Source: Deltaproteobacteria bacterium SG8_13
GTDB taxonomy: Bacteria > Desulfobacterota > Desulfobacteria > Desulfobacterales > SG8-13
Length of the DNA stretch: 64,000 nt
Assembly (NCBI GenBank): GCA_001303025.1
Contig: LJNK01000013.1
Coordinates: 12,683-76,682, forward strand
Reading direction: 5' to 3'
Under the pieces are notes generated by a model that ran no database searches, was not told the origin of the DNA, and saw only the letters and a list, made by a program, of their open reading frames with translations. Made by a program: the position numbers and the translations under genes. Numbering within the stretch: position 1 is the first letter of the stretch; the number at the start of each line of letters is the position of its first letter. Positions 55,216-64,000 of the stretch are shown here, piece by piece.

Positions 55216-55767
55216 ATGACAAGAAGAGTTAAGAAAAAAATAGAGCCGGTCGGTAAGAAAATCAAGCGGGCCAGAATTGCGAAAAAGGTCAGTTATGAGC
55301 AGTTGGCCAACGAGACCGGATTTTCGGTGGAGTACCTCAAGCAGATTGAAGCCGGAAAGGAGATTCCGCCGGTAGGGGCGCTGTTGCAGGTATCCCGGGC
55401 CCTGGAGCTCGATTCGGGTTATCTGCTCCGGGAGCCGGAATCGAACCTCAAGAAGCGGGTGAAAGCCTTCACCAAGCGAACTGAAAATTACGCTTACACG
55501 ACGCTGACTCCCGGCGCGGAAAACAAACACCTGAAAGCGTTTAAGGTGACAGTGGACCCGCTCAAGGATCACAAGGGGGTCGGCTATCAGCATGAAGGCG
55601 AAGAGTTTGTCTATGTTCTTTCCGGCCATATGGAGATCATTGTCGGCGACCATGTCAACCGTCTCAAAAGCGGCGACTCACTTCACTTTAATTCCGGAAT
55701 TCGCCACATGATGCGCAATATCGGCAAGGAAAAGTCCGAAATGCTGGTAGTGATTTACGGCCCGTAG
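55216..55767 (+). CDS. XRE-family HTH transcriptional regulator with C-terminal cupin domain
   Basis: The HTH is 'VSYEQLANETGFSVEYLKQIEAG' and the cupin is 'HEGEEFVYVLSGHMEI...GDSLHFNSGIRH'. The RBS GAAGGAGG precedes ATG 55216. Confidence 0.85.
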   Translation: MTRRVKKKIEPVGKKIKRARIAKKVSYEQLANETGFSVEYLKQIEAGKEIPPVGALLQVSRALELDSGYLLREPESNLKKRVKAFTKRTENYAYTTLTPGAENKHLKAFKVTVDPLKDHKGVGYQHEGEEFVYVLSGHMEIIVGDHVNRLKSGDSLHFNSGIRHMMRNIGKEKSEMLVVIYGP

Positions 55768-55819
55768 TCGAAACCGCCACCGGGCAAGTAGGGAGAAACG
55801 AATCGGAGAGGAGCCACCC

Positions 55820-56974
55820 ATGTCGATCCAGTTGACTGACGAGCAGTTGATGATTCAATCGATGGTCAGGGAGTTCGCCCGGGAGGTTATCGCGCCTACA
55901 GCAGCCGAACGGGACAAAACCAAAGCGTTTCCGGCGGAAAACCTCCGACAGCTGGGCGAGCTCGGTTTTATGGGAATGATGGTTCCACCGGAGTACCAGG
56001 GATCAGGGGCGGACACGGTCAGCTACGTTCTGGCCCTGTCGGAAGTCGCCTATGCCTGTGCCGCAACAGCCGTGGTGATGTCCGTGCACAATTCCATCGT
56101 TTGCGAAAGTATTCTGCGATACGGGTCGGAAGAACAGAAGCGAAAGTATCTGACAAGGTTGGCCACCGGTGAGATCATTGGAGCGTTTGCCCTGACCGAG
56201 CCCCATGCCGGCTCGGATCCGGTTCGGCAGAGCACCAGGGCCGTGCGTGACGGCGACCACTATGTGCTCAATGGCACCAAACGCTTTATCACAAGCGCGA
56301 AAAATGCCGGCCTGATCGTGGTGACCGCCAAAACAGACGAAGCCGCACGGCACAAGGGAATCAGCGCTTTTATCGTGGAACAGGGAGCGCCGGGTCTCAC
56401 CGTTGGCGCCCTGGAGGACAAGATGGGGCTGCGCGCTTCCGATACCGCCGATCTGATCTTCGAGGACTGCCGGGTTCCGGTGGAAAACCTCCTGGGCGAG
56501 GAGGGGCTCGGATTTAAGATCTCCATGACCGGCCTGGACGGCGGGCGCATCGGCATTGCCGCGCAATCATTGGGCGTTGCCAAAGCGGCGTTTGACGCAG
56601 CCGTGGGTTATACCAAGGAGCGAGAACAGTTCGGGCAATTGATATCCAAATTTCAGGGGTTGCGTTTCATCATCGCCGACATGGCCACGGAAATCGAAGC
56701 GGCCCGGCAGCTGATGTTCTCAGCCGCGGCCATGAAGGACAGGGGCGAAAACCACACGCTGCAGGCATCCATGGCCAAATTATTCGCCTCGGAAATGGTC
56801 AACCGCATCACCGCCCAGGCCCTCCAGTTGCATGGCGGCTATGGATTCATTCGCGAATATCCGGTGGAGCGTTTTTACAGGGACGCGCGGGTGTTTACCA
56901 TCTACGAGGGCACATCGGAGATCCAGCGGGTGGTGATCTCCAATCACATTCTCAAGGATAAACGCAGTCCGTGA
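55820..56974 (+). CDS. Acyl-CoA dehydrogenase (short/butyryl-CoA type)
   Basis: It matches the ACAD pattern over its full length: 'GAFALTEPHAGSD', 'QLHGGYGF...YPVERFYRDARVFTIYEGTSEIQ'. Confidence 0.95.
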   Translation: MSIQLTDEQLMIQSMVREFAREVIAPTAAERDKTKAFPAENLRQLGELGFMGMMVPPEYQGSGADTVSYVLALSEVAYACAATAVVMSVHNSIVCESILRYGSEEQKRKYLTRLATGEIIGAFALTEPHAGSDPVRQSTRAVRDGDHYVLNGTKRFITSAKNAGLIVVTAKTDEAARHKGISAFIVEQGAPGLTVGALEDKMGLRASDTADLIFEDCRVPVENLLGEEGLGFKISMTGLDGGRIGIAAQSLGVAKAAFDAAVGYTKEREQFGQLISKFQGLRFIIADMATEIEAARQLMFSAAAMKDRGENHTLQASMAKLFASEMVNRITAQALQLHGGYGFIREYPVERFYRDARVFTIYEGTSEIQRVVISNHILKDKRSP

Positions 56975-57091
56975 TCCCGCCGTTATGAAATCAACCTAAA
57001 ATCTGAACAAAAAGAGTGAAGCGGAATTCAAGAAACAGCTTCTTGCATTTCGCGGCTGGGGGTGGAGGGCTCCGGATGCAGCGGTTGGGAT

Positions 57092-57115
57092 GCCCCGGCA
57101 TGCTGCTGCCGGGGC
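57092..57115. terminator. GC-rich hairpin between convergent genes (possible terminator)
   Basis: GCCCCGGCA-tgctgc-TGCCGGGGC is a perfect 9-bp stem, followed on the plus strand by GCTTTAT. The U-tract is weak. Confidence 0.35.
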
Positions 57116-57118
57116 GCT

Positions 57119-59059
57119 TTATCCGTTTGCGGTTCGGTAAGTCAAGGCGCCAAAGTAGGTGTCATCTGCAGCGGTCAGCTGCATCCATCTTTTCTGCAGT
57201 GCCAGGTCTGCAAATCCGATGTGCAGGTATTCACTCGCATATTTGCTGAACCGGTGCTGCCAGGCCGCTATCTGCTGATCCGGCAGCGGCGGGTCGACCA
57301 GCAGGCCGTCCAGCCCGGAAAGCGACGCTGCATCGCGGGCTGTGGGAAGACGATCGTGTTGCCACCAGTACACCTGCCGTTGCATGTCGCCTTGAAAACG
57401 GATTGATGCATTCCGAGAGACCAGGGTGAACAGCACGCTTCGGTTGCCCGGGGTGGCAAACAGGTAGCGCTGCTCATGATCGAGGAATTGGGGCCTTTGC
57501 AGGTGAACGGCCTCAAGCAGTGCGCCTGTTTCCGGGCGGCCGGCCGGTTCCAGGAAAACCAGTTCCAGCGCGGTAAATGGATTGGCCGTTGTCAGGAGGT
57601 TCAGCATCCGGGTGAGATATTGCCGGTTGTCGCTTACCTGAGGGCCGATGATGACCTGGTAGGGATGGGTCAATCGGCCGGCAATCCCGCTGAAATCAGA
57701 GAGCGGACGCAGCCCGGCCACAACCAGCTTGCTGATGTAGTGATCCGTACCGAGGCAAACCGTAACGTCCCGGCAGTGTTCCAGGGGAGCCTGATGAGCG
57801 CTGCGCCAGGCAGCGTTGAGATCCGGCAGCGGGTAGAGGTTGGTGTCGAGTCGCGATTCGGCATAATCAAAGGCCGCCAGCAACTCCTGCTCCGAGAATC
57901 TCGGGGTGGCAATCACCGGATAGGGGGGGTCGGGCTCGTAGCGCAGACCCAATGAGCGACTGTTGGCACGAAATTCGGTTCCCGGCAGAACCGCAAGCGG
58001 AAACACCTGCACGTCGTCGTGAAGGCCGCTGTCGACGACAAAATCCACCGATCGTTTGAAACCGTCCAGGGTATCTCCCGGAAGGCCCGCAATCAGGTCG
58101 ATGCCGGGGGTAATCCCGCGCTGTTGCAGCAAACGCGCGCCGGTGCGAAACCGGGCCAGGTCGGCTCTCCGGTTCATGGCGGTCAGCGCCGCCGGGTTGG
58201 TGGACTGCAGCCCGATTTCGAACCAGCTGAAACCGGCTGCGGCGAACAGATCCGCCAGTTCCCCATCGAGGGATTCGGCCCGGATTTCGCTCAGCAGCGC
58301 AGTGGTGCGGCGGGCATTGACCGTGCTGATTTTTTTGAGCAGGCCTTTGAGCCCCGGCCGGCTGTTAATGCTCGGGTCCAGCAGATACAGCTCCCCTATG
58401 CCATTTTCGCAGGCCCATTGGGCTGCCTGCATCACCTGTGCTTCCGCTTTGACGCTGATGCGCTGCCGGGACTTGTTGTAGTAGCAATAAGCGCATCGAT
58501 AGGGACAACCGCGCTGGGTTTCCATCAACATCAGGTCTTCCACCCAGGGTTCCAGCAGACCATCCGGGTAGGGACTGGGGCTAGCTTCAAAAACTTTCGC
58601 GGTATCGGCGGCAACCGGAAAGCGTTCCCATGACTGCGGGTTTTGCAGCAGGCGCCGAAATACGGCCTCCCCTTCCCCATGCACATAGGTGTCCACATGC
58701 TCCGAGTCGATCAGTTCATTGTCCGGTGTTATCTCGGGACCGCCGAATACGATGCGGGGGCGGTAGATCGACTTGACCATTTCAGCCAGATACAGGCTCC
58801 GGCGGACATTCCAGCTGTAAACGGTAAAGCCGATTATTTGCGGTCGACGTGCAGTGATTAAGCTAACCAGGGACGCATCGGCCAGGTAAGAGACGATGCT
58901 TTCCGGCAGGATTTCCACGGTTGCTTCCGGCAGATCGGCTACGGCTTGCTTCAAGCAGGCGGCTGCCAGGGGGATGTTGCCGGTCTGTCGACCGTAGTTG
59001 AGCTGGGGGATGGGTAGCTGGATGAGAAGTATCGTAGGCATGAGCAACCATCGAAGCAA
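57119..59059 (-). CDS. Class-B (B12-binding) radical SAM protein
   Basis: It has an N-terminal B12-binding-like domain and the cluster motif 'TQRGCPYRCAYCYY', with a long C-terminal extension of unknown function. Confidence 0.8.
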   Translation of the reverse strand: MLRWLLMPTILLIQLPIPQLNYGRQTGNIPLAAACLKQAVADLPEATVEILPESIVSYLADASLVSLITARRPQIIGFTVYSWNVRRSLYLAEMVKSIYRPRIVFGGPEITPDNELIDSEHVDTYVHGEGEAVFRRLLQNPQSWERFPVAADTAKVFEASPSPYPDGLLEPWVEDLMLMETQRGCPYRCAYCYYNKSRQRISVKAEAQVMQAAQWACENGIGELYLLDPSINSRPGLKGLLKKISTVNARRTTALLSEIRAESLDGELADLFAAAGFSWFEIGLQSTNPAALTAMNRRADLARFRTGARLLQQRGITPGIDLIAGLPGDTLDGFKRSVDFVVDSGLHDDVQVFPLAVLPGTEFRANSRSLGLRYEPDPPYPVIATPRFSEQELLAAFDYAESRLDTNLYPLPDLNAAWRSAHQAPLEHCRDVTVCLGTDHYISKLVVAGLRPLSDFSGIAGRLTHPYQVIIGPQVSDNRQYLTRMLNLLTTANPFTALELVFLEPAGRPETGALLEAVHLQRPQFLDHEQRYLFATPGNRSVLFTLVSRNASIRFQGDMQRQVYWWQHDRLPTARDAASLSGLDGLLVDPPLPDQQIAAWQHRFSKYASEYLHIGFADLALQKRWMQLTAADDTYFGALTYRTANG

Positions 59060-59209
59060 AACGGGGCAGGGTGCAACCGAAGAGCGTGTGCAAACAGCTC
59101 TACGGCTGATCGGCCCCTACCGCGGCGGGATGATTCGACCGGATGAAGGCAGACGTTGTAATCCTTTTCTGCCGAATGCTTCCCCCGAACCGGGGGAAAA
59201 TCAGATCGA

Positions 59210-59413
59210 TCAGCCTCGGGGGGCGCAGCCCGCCTGACTCAACCCGCCCGCACCTGTGGATGTTTGCTTTGCGAGTGCGCATCCGGCCGACATGAGTTTT
59301 TCAACATCACCACACCTGCACTCCGGGCAGGCGGGAGCCGGTTCATCGGCTTTTAGTGCCAGGTGCTCGAAACAGTGGCAACAGCCACGACACTGGTATT
59401 CGTAAATGGGCAT
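59210..59413 (-). CDS. FmdB-family zinc-ribbon protein
   Basis: It has the 'MPIYEYQCRGC...CPECRCGD' signature. The start was moved to ATG 59413. Confidence 0.75.
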   Translation of the reverse strand: MPIYEYQCRGCCHCFEHLALKADEPAPACPECRCGDVEKLMSAGCALAKQTSTGAGGLSQAGCAPRG

Positions 59414-59617
59414 TGATATCACCTCTCTACTTCGAACCGCAAATGCCTTTGGCAATTATCGTCTGCGGATAAAGAGATCGGTTTTTAACAACGGTTACAG
59501 ATTGAACGCGAGCCGGCCATTTCGGATTCGCAGCTGCCAATCACGATTTGTTCGCAGCTTTGATCAAATGATTACATACCGGCAACCACTTTCCAGGCCG
59601 GAGTTGACGGGTTTTTG

Positions 59618-60034
59618 TCAGCGCTGCCACCGGATCGGCATGGACATCCGCGACTCTTTCGGGGAATCGTCGCCGGCACGGCCCTGCTGCTCTTTTTTCG
59701 ATCGCCAGCGAAAGAGCGTTTCCCACACCTGGTAATATGCATCTTTGCGCAGCGGGTCGTTATCTGGTATGATATTTTTCTTAACGGAAGGGTAGTCGAT
59801 TTGCAGCGCACAGTCAGCCAGGTATTCCGACCAGACGGTCTTGGGAATCTTGATGCGGTATCGGTAATCAGCATCCTCGGCTTCGAAAATCAGTCCGTCA
59901 TCGCAGTAGCCGATGATTCTTTTGGCCAGACGGCACAGGTCATCTTTGCAGTGGGCACGGATCATCACCTCGTCTCCGCGGCAGTATTTGTCCCAGACAG
60001 CTGAAAAGACCCCTTCCTTGGTGAAAACCCACAT
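59618..60034 (-). CDS. Hypothetical protein (138 aa)
   Basis: A protein-like ORF for which I recognise no family. Confidence 0.5.
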   Translation of the reverse strand: MWVFTKEGVFSAVWDKYCRGDEVMIRAHCKDDLCRLAKRIIGYCDDGLIFEAEDADYRYRIKIPKTVWSEYLADCALQIDYPSVKKNIIPDNDPLRKDAYYQVWETLFRWRSKKEQQGRAGDDSPKESRMSMPIRWQR

Positions 60035-60152
60035 GTCTTCGATCCTTCCGGTTGATAAGGAGATGCTTGCGACTTACAGTAATCAGGAAACACGTTCAAT
60101 ACAATATTTCACAACCAATACCAGAATTCAAACAGAAAAGGAAACCCAACCT

Positions 60153-61130
60153 ATGAAAGCTACCAGGCTGATATTGTTGCTCTTGCTCACCTGGGCGACC
60201 GCCGGCGTGAATCCGCTGCTTGCCGCAGACGCAGAAAAAAACGCCGAAGGGAAAGTGGCGACGGTCAACGGTATCGACATCTCCCGCAAGGATTACAACA
60301 GGGAGGTAAAACTGTACTCGGATCGCATGGCCCGCAGCGGGCAGCCCTTGAACGAACAGCAGACCAAGGTGATTGGCGATCAGATTCTGGACCGGATGAT
60401 CGAAACCGAGTTGTTGTATCAAGAAAGCCGCAAGCAAGGAGTGCAAATCGAATCCACGGCGGTTGATGCTCAATTCAGTGAGATTAAACAACGATTTGCC
60501 AGCGAAGAGGAGTTTTCAAAGGCGGTTGACCAGATGGAGATGACCGAAGCCGGCATACGTGCACAGATTGAAAAAGGGCTGGCCATCAACGAGTTGGTAA
60601 AAATCCGCGTGGCCGACAATATCCAGATTACAGAGGAAGAAAGCCGTTCGTTTTACGATACCCATCCCGAGCTGTTCAAGCAGCCCGAGCAGGTGAAGGC
60701 TTCCCACATTTTGATAAAAGTCGAACCGGATGCCGACGCAGTGAAGAAAACCGCAGCCGGGGAAAAAATTGAAAAAATCCAGGCCAGACTCAAAAAGGGA
60801 GAAGACTTTGCAGCCCTGGCTCGCGAAAACTCCGAAGGGCCCAGCGCCTCCAAAGGCGGCGACCTGGGATACTTCAAGCGCGGTTCGATGGTCAAACCTT
60901 TCGAGGATGCGGCATTTGCGCTGGAGATCAACCAGGTCAGCGAGGTGGTTGAAACGGTGTTCGGCTACCACCTGATCAAGGTGTTTGACAAAAAGCCCGA
61001 ACAGACACTGACGTACGCGGAAGTCAAGGGAGACTTGCAGGAGCATCTGAAACAGCAGAGGCTCAAGCTGGAAGTCGACACCTATCTGGACAGCTTGAAG
61101 GAAAAAGCCACGATAAAGAAATCGATCTAG
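60153..61130 (+). CDS. Parvulin-type peptidyl-prolyl isomerase (SurA/PrsA-like), secreted
   Basis: It has a signal peptide and a parvulin domain, 'ASHILIKV...GGDLGYFKRGSMVKPFEDAAF...GYHLIKV'. The start was moved to ATG 60153. Confidence 0.85.
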   Translation: MKATRLILLLLLTWATAGVNPLLAADAEKNAEGKVATVNGIDISRKDYNREVKLYSDRMARSGQPLNEQQTKVIGDQILDRMIETELLYQESRKQGVQIESTAVDAQFSEIKQRFASEEEFSKAVDQMEMTEAGIRAQIEKGLAINELVKIRVADNIQITEEESRSFYDTHPELFKQPEQVKASHILIKVEPDADAVKKTAAGEKIEKIQARLKKGEDFAALARENSEGPSASKGGDLGYFKRGSMVKPFEDAAFALEINQVSEVVETVFGYHLIKVFDKKPEQTLTYAEVKGDLQEHLKQQRLKLEVDTYLDSLKEKATIKKSI

Positions 61131-61152
61131 CGGTTGCCGGCCAGGAGAAACT

Positions 61153-62526
61153 ATGCGCACCATCATCGAGCCTTTCCGCATAAAGATGACCGAACCGATC
61201 AAGGTCACCACCCGTCAATACCGACAGCGGGCATTGACTGGAGCCCACTACAATGTCTTTTTGCTGGACGCGGAAGACTGCTGCATCGATCTGCTTACCG
61301 ACAGCGGCACCGGTGCCATGTCCAGCAATCAGTGGGCGGCGTTGATGCTTGGTGACGAAAGCTATGCCGGCAGCAAATCGTGGAAGAAATTTGAATCCAC
61401 CGTAAAAAAAATCACCGGCATGCGGCATGTGCTGCCCACCCACCAGGGGCGCGCAGCCGAAGGTATCCTGGCACAGGTGCTGGTGAAAAAGGGACAGGTA
61501 ATTCCCAACAACAGCCATTTCGACACAACCCGTGCCAATATGGAATTTGCAGGTGCCCTGGCGGTGGATCTGCTCTGCGCCGAGGGGATGCAGCCGGCAC
61601 GCATTGCACCATTCAAAGGCAATATGGATACCGATCGGCTCAAAGGGTGTATCCGCCAATACGGCCCCGAAAACATTCCCTTTTGCATGATCACAGTGAC
61701 CAACAACACCGGCGGTGGCCAGCCTGTTTCGATGGCCAATATCCGGGAGGTGAAAACCATCCTTTCCGAGCACAACATTCCGCTGGTAATCGATGCCTGC
61801 CGTTTTGCCGAAAATGCGTATTTCATCCGCGAGCGGGAAGACGGATATGCGGACACGACCCTTCTGAAAATCGCCGGTGAAATGTTTTCCTATGCAGACG
61901 CTGCAACGATGAGCTGTAAAAAAGACGGATTGGCCAATATCGGCGGTTTTCTGGTTTGCAATGACGATCGCTGGGCGGAGCAGTTCAAAAATATGCTCAT
62001 ACTGCGGGAGGGCTTTCCAACTTATGGCGGCCTGGCCGGACGGGATCTGGAAGTGATCGCCGTGGGATTAATGGAAGCCCTCGATTATGACTATCAGGTC
62101 TATCGACACGCAACGGTTCAGTACCTTCGCAAAAAATTGTCTCCGCTCGGCGTCCCGATGGTCCGCCCGGTCGGCGGCCATGCTGTTTTTTTAGATGCCA
62201 GGGCCTTTGCGCCCCACGTTCCACCGCTGCAGTATCCCGGCATCGGCCTGGTGAACGCCATCTATCTGGAAGGAGGTATCCGCTGCGTGGAGCTCGGCAG
62301 CGTGATGTTCGGCAAGTTTGACGAACAGGGAAAGGAAGTCGCCGCACCCCTGGAACTGGTCCGATTGGCATTTCCGCGTCGGGTCTACACCCAGAGTCAC
62401 TTCGACTACCTGGCCGAGGTCATTGAGAATGTCTGGAACCACCGGGATGCCATCAATGGATTCCGCCTCGTCTACCAGCCGAAGTTTTTACGGCATTTTA
62501 CCGGCCGCTTCGAACCGGTCGAATGA
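61153..62526 (+). CDS. Beta-eliminating lyase (tryptophanase / tyrosine phenol-lyase family)
   Basis: It is colinear with TPL/TnaA as recalled: 'DLLTDSGTGAMS', 'GGGQPVSMANI', the PLP-Lys context 'SCKKDGLANIGGF' and 'GGHAVFLDA'. I cannot decide between Trp and Tyr specificity by eye. Confidence 0.9.
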   Translation: MRTIIEPFRIKMTEPIKVTTRQYRQRALTGAHYNVFLLDAEDCCIDLLTDSGTGAMSSNQWAALMLGDESYAGSKSWKKFESTVKKITGMRHVLPTHQGRAAEGILAQVLVKKGQVIPNNSHFDTTRANMEFAGALAVDLLCAEGMQPARIAPFKGNMDTDRLKGCIRQYGPENIPFCMITVTNNTGGGQPVSMANIREVKTILSEHNIPLVIDACRFAENAYFIREREDGYADTTLLKIAGEMFSYADAATMSCKKDGLANIGGFLVCNDDRWAEQFKNMLILREGFPTYGGLAGRDLEVIAVGLMEALDYDYQVYRHATVQYLRKKLSPLGVPMVRPVGGHAVFLDARAFAPHVPPLQYPGIGLVNAIYLEGGIRCVELGSVMFGKFDEQGKEVAAPLELVRLAFPRRVYTQSHFDYLAEVIENVWNHRDAINGFRLVYQPKFLRHFTGRFEPVE

Positions 62527-62597
62527 TTCGATGCCGGTCCACTGCCCCCCGATCACTTCCGGATCCAGGCACTGCCGTCGAATGGAACAAAAGGTCG

Positions 62598-63482
62598 ATG
62601 GACAACACCGGTTTTAGTTTTCAGCCATCCTGGCAACAGCTGCTCAACGACGAGCCTGCGTTTCTCAAACATATCGGTGATGCGCTGCAGCGGTCGGCCG
62701 CCGATGCCGACCTGCCTGTCGGGCCATCGATCCGCTCCGTGCAGGCCTCTGCGGTGCTTTTTCTACTCGGATGCAGCTGCTCGCCGTCCGGACGGGCGAC
62801 TGCCGAACCATGCCTGATTCTCAACAAGCGATCGGCAAAAGTCCGCCAGCCGGGTGATCTTTGCTGCCCCGGCGGCAGCATCGCACCCAGGCTGGACCCG
62901 CTGCTGGCCGTGCTGCTGCGGCTGCCCGGATCTCCCCTGCTGCGCTGGGAGCACTGGCCGGCGTTGCACAGGCGGCAACCCCTTCAGTCCCGGAAACTGG
63001 CGCTGCTTTTTGCCACGGGCCTGCGGGAGAGTGCAGAGGAGATGCGGTTGAACCCGCTGGGGGTAAAATTGTTGGGGCCGCTGCAGCCGGAAAACCTTGT
63101 CATGTTTCAGCGAACCATATATCCGCTGGTCTGCTGGGTTTCGAAACAGAAGAGGTTTTTCCCGAACTGGGAGGTGGAGCGGATCGTTTCCATCCCGATT
63201 CGGGAACTACTCGACCCTTCCCGTTACGTCCGGTTCCGGCTGCGGATCGACGTGCCCGCCGCATCGGCCCGCGTGAATGGCACCCGAAACTTTGCCTGCT
63301 TCCTGCACCACCGACGCGACGGCCGGACCGACCGCCTGTGGGGGGCTACCTTTCGCATTACAATGGAATTTCTCGACGTGGTGTTCGGCTTCCATCCGCC
63401 GCCGCTCGAATCGTTGCCCACGGTGGAAGGAAAGATCGATGAAAATTACATCAACCCAAACGCTTCAGTGATAGGGCGATAG
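62598..63482 (+). CDS. Nudix hydrolase (CoA pyrophosphatase-like)
   Basis: 'GDLCCPGGS' plus the Nudix box remnant 'GLRESAEEMRL'. The start is uncertain; the track ORF begins at 62523. Confidence 0.65.
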   Translation: MDNTGFSFQPSWQQLLNDEPAFLKHIGDALQRSAADADLPVGPSIRSVQASAVLFLLGCSCSPSGRATAEPCLILNKRSAKVRQPGDLCCPGGSIAPRLDPLLAVLLRLPGSPLLRWEHWPALHRRQPLQSRKLALLFATGLRESAEEMRLNPLGVKLLGPLQPENLVMFQRTIYPLVCWVSKQKRFFPNWEVERIVSIPIRELLDPSRYVRFRLRIDVPAASARVNGTRNFACFLHHRRDGRTDRLWGATFRITMEFLDVVFGFHPPPLESLPTVEGKIDENYINPNASVIGR

Positions 63483-63492
63483 CCGAGCATCC

Positions 63493-64000
63493 ATGAATTT
63501 CAAAGCCACCAGGATCGACCGTGACGAAGGCAGTGACGCCCACGGGCAGTTCCAGACCGGAAAGGTTCTGGCGCTGTCGGTGTGTCATTTCATTCATGAC
63601 ATTTACTCCAGTTTCCTTTCGCCGCTTCTGCCTCTGTTGATTGAAAAGCTTTCGCTGAGTCTGACCCAGGCCGGATTCACTTCCACGGTACTGCAGCTCC
63701 CTTCACTGCTGAACCCGATGCTGGGCACCCTGGCCGATCGAATCAGCGTGCGGTACTTTATCATCCTGGCACCGATGATTACCGCGGTTTCCATGAGCCT
63801 GATCGGCGCGGCTCCGAGCTATGCTGTGTTGCTGATTCTGCTGACCATTGCAGGCGTGAGTGTTTCCATTTTCCACGTTCCGGCACCGGTGATGGTCGCC
63901 CGTCTTTCTGGTTCGCGCAAGGGACGCGGTATGAGTTTCTTTATGACCGGCGGGGAATTGGCCCGAGCCGTGGGACCGCTGGCAGCGGTCGGTGTGGTCG
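63493..64000 (+). CDS. MFS-type transporter, N-terminal part (3' end outside window)
   Basis: The ORF from ATG 63493 is open to the window end. It has successive hydrophobic helices and an MFS loop-like 'LADRISVRY'. It is absent from the ORF track because it has no stop in the window. Confidence 0.65.
   Translation, partial: MNFKATRIDRDEGSDAHGQFQTGKVLALSVCHFIHDIYSSFLSPLLPLLIEKLSLSLTQAGFTSTVLQLPSLLNPMLGTLADRISVRYFIILAPMITAVSMSLIGAAPSYAVLLILLTIAGVSVSIFHVPAPVMVARLSGSRKGRGMSFFMTGGELARAVGPLAAVGVV

Noticed and set aside
59210-59413. The Cys-rich FmdB-family peptide considered as a possible RiPP precursor for the downstream B12 radical SAM enzyme.
   Set aside because: FmdB-type zinc ribbons are ubiquitous stand-alone proteins. 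A 150-bp gap separates the genes, and there is no recognisable leader/core organisation, peptidase or exporter nearby.

Overview
This is a 64 kb chromosomal segment, roughly 58-60% GC by eye and densely coding, with about 58 supported CDS. All family calls come from motif and domain recognition by eye; no database search was run. The gene content suggests an anaerobic Desulfobacterota-type (deltaproteobacterial) genome, which is inference only. That content includes an ADP-forming acetyl-CoA synthetase, class-B radical SAM enzymes, HDOD/PAS histidine kinases, a TatT-type TRAP transporter and rubrerythrin-like proteins.

Main blocks:
- A two-component pair and a Usp gene (1-2.3 kb).
- An Fo-only ATP synthase operon (4.0-7.7 kb), bracketed by three paralogous cytidylate-kinase-like genes.
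- acdAB, a lytic transglycosylase, msrAB and a cyclophilin (8.5-13.8 kb).
- A minus-strand signalling string (17.7-26.0 kb): HDOD kinase, hybrid kinase, URO-D-like protein, and a pseudokinase-protease-TPR giant.
- A poorly characterised stretch (26.6-32.2 kb) containing a candidate sRNA.
- A DUF885 / ATP-grasp / methyltransferase trio, followed by glnK-amt-gltBD behind a sigma-54 promoter (33-45.5 kb).
- Several orphan small genes (47-49.7 kb).
- A four-gene TatT-DctPQM TRAP transporter.
- Acyl-CoA metabolism genes, a second B12 radical SAM enzyme, a parvulin PPIase, a tryptophanase/TPL-family lyase, a Nudix hydrolase and a truncated MFS gene.

I could not recognise any rRNA, tRNA, CRISPR array, transposase or integrase.

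The most unusual feature is in the Fo operon. A 326-aa protein is made of four fused F-type c-subunit hairpins, and only the first keeps the ion-binding Glu. It sits directly upstream of a canonical monomeric c subunit that carries a complete Na+-type, two-carboxylate binding signature. Together these predict a heteromeric rotor ring with built-in 'dead' positions.

Secondary leads:
- A promoter-to-terminator-defined sRNA of about 140 nt with an exposed CCUCC motif.
- A zinc-ribbon / pseudokinase / TM / trypsin-like protease / TPR protein, translationally coupled to a URO-D-like gene.
- A peptidase-like / amidoligase-like / methyltransferase cluster.
- A protein with a death-like N-terminal domain and a degenerate PLD-like C-terminal domain.
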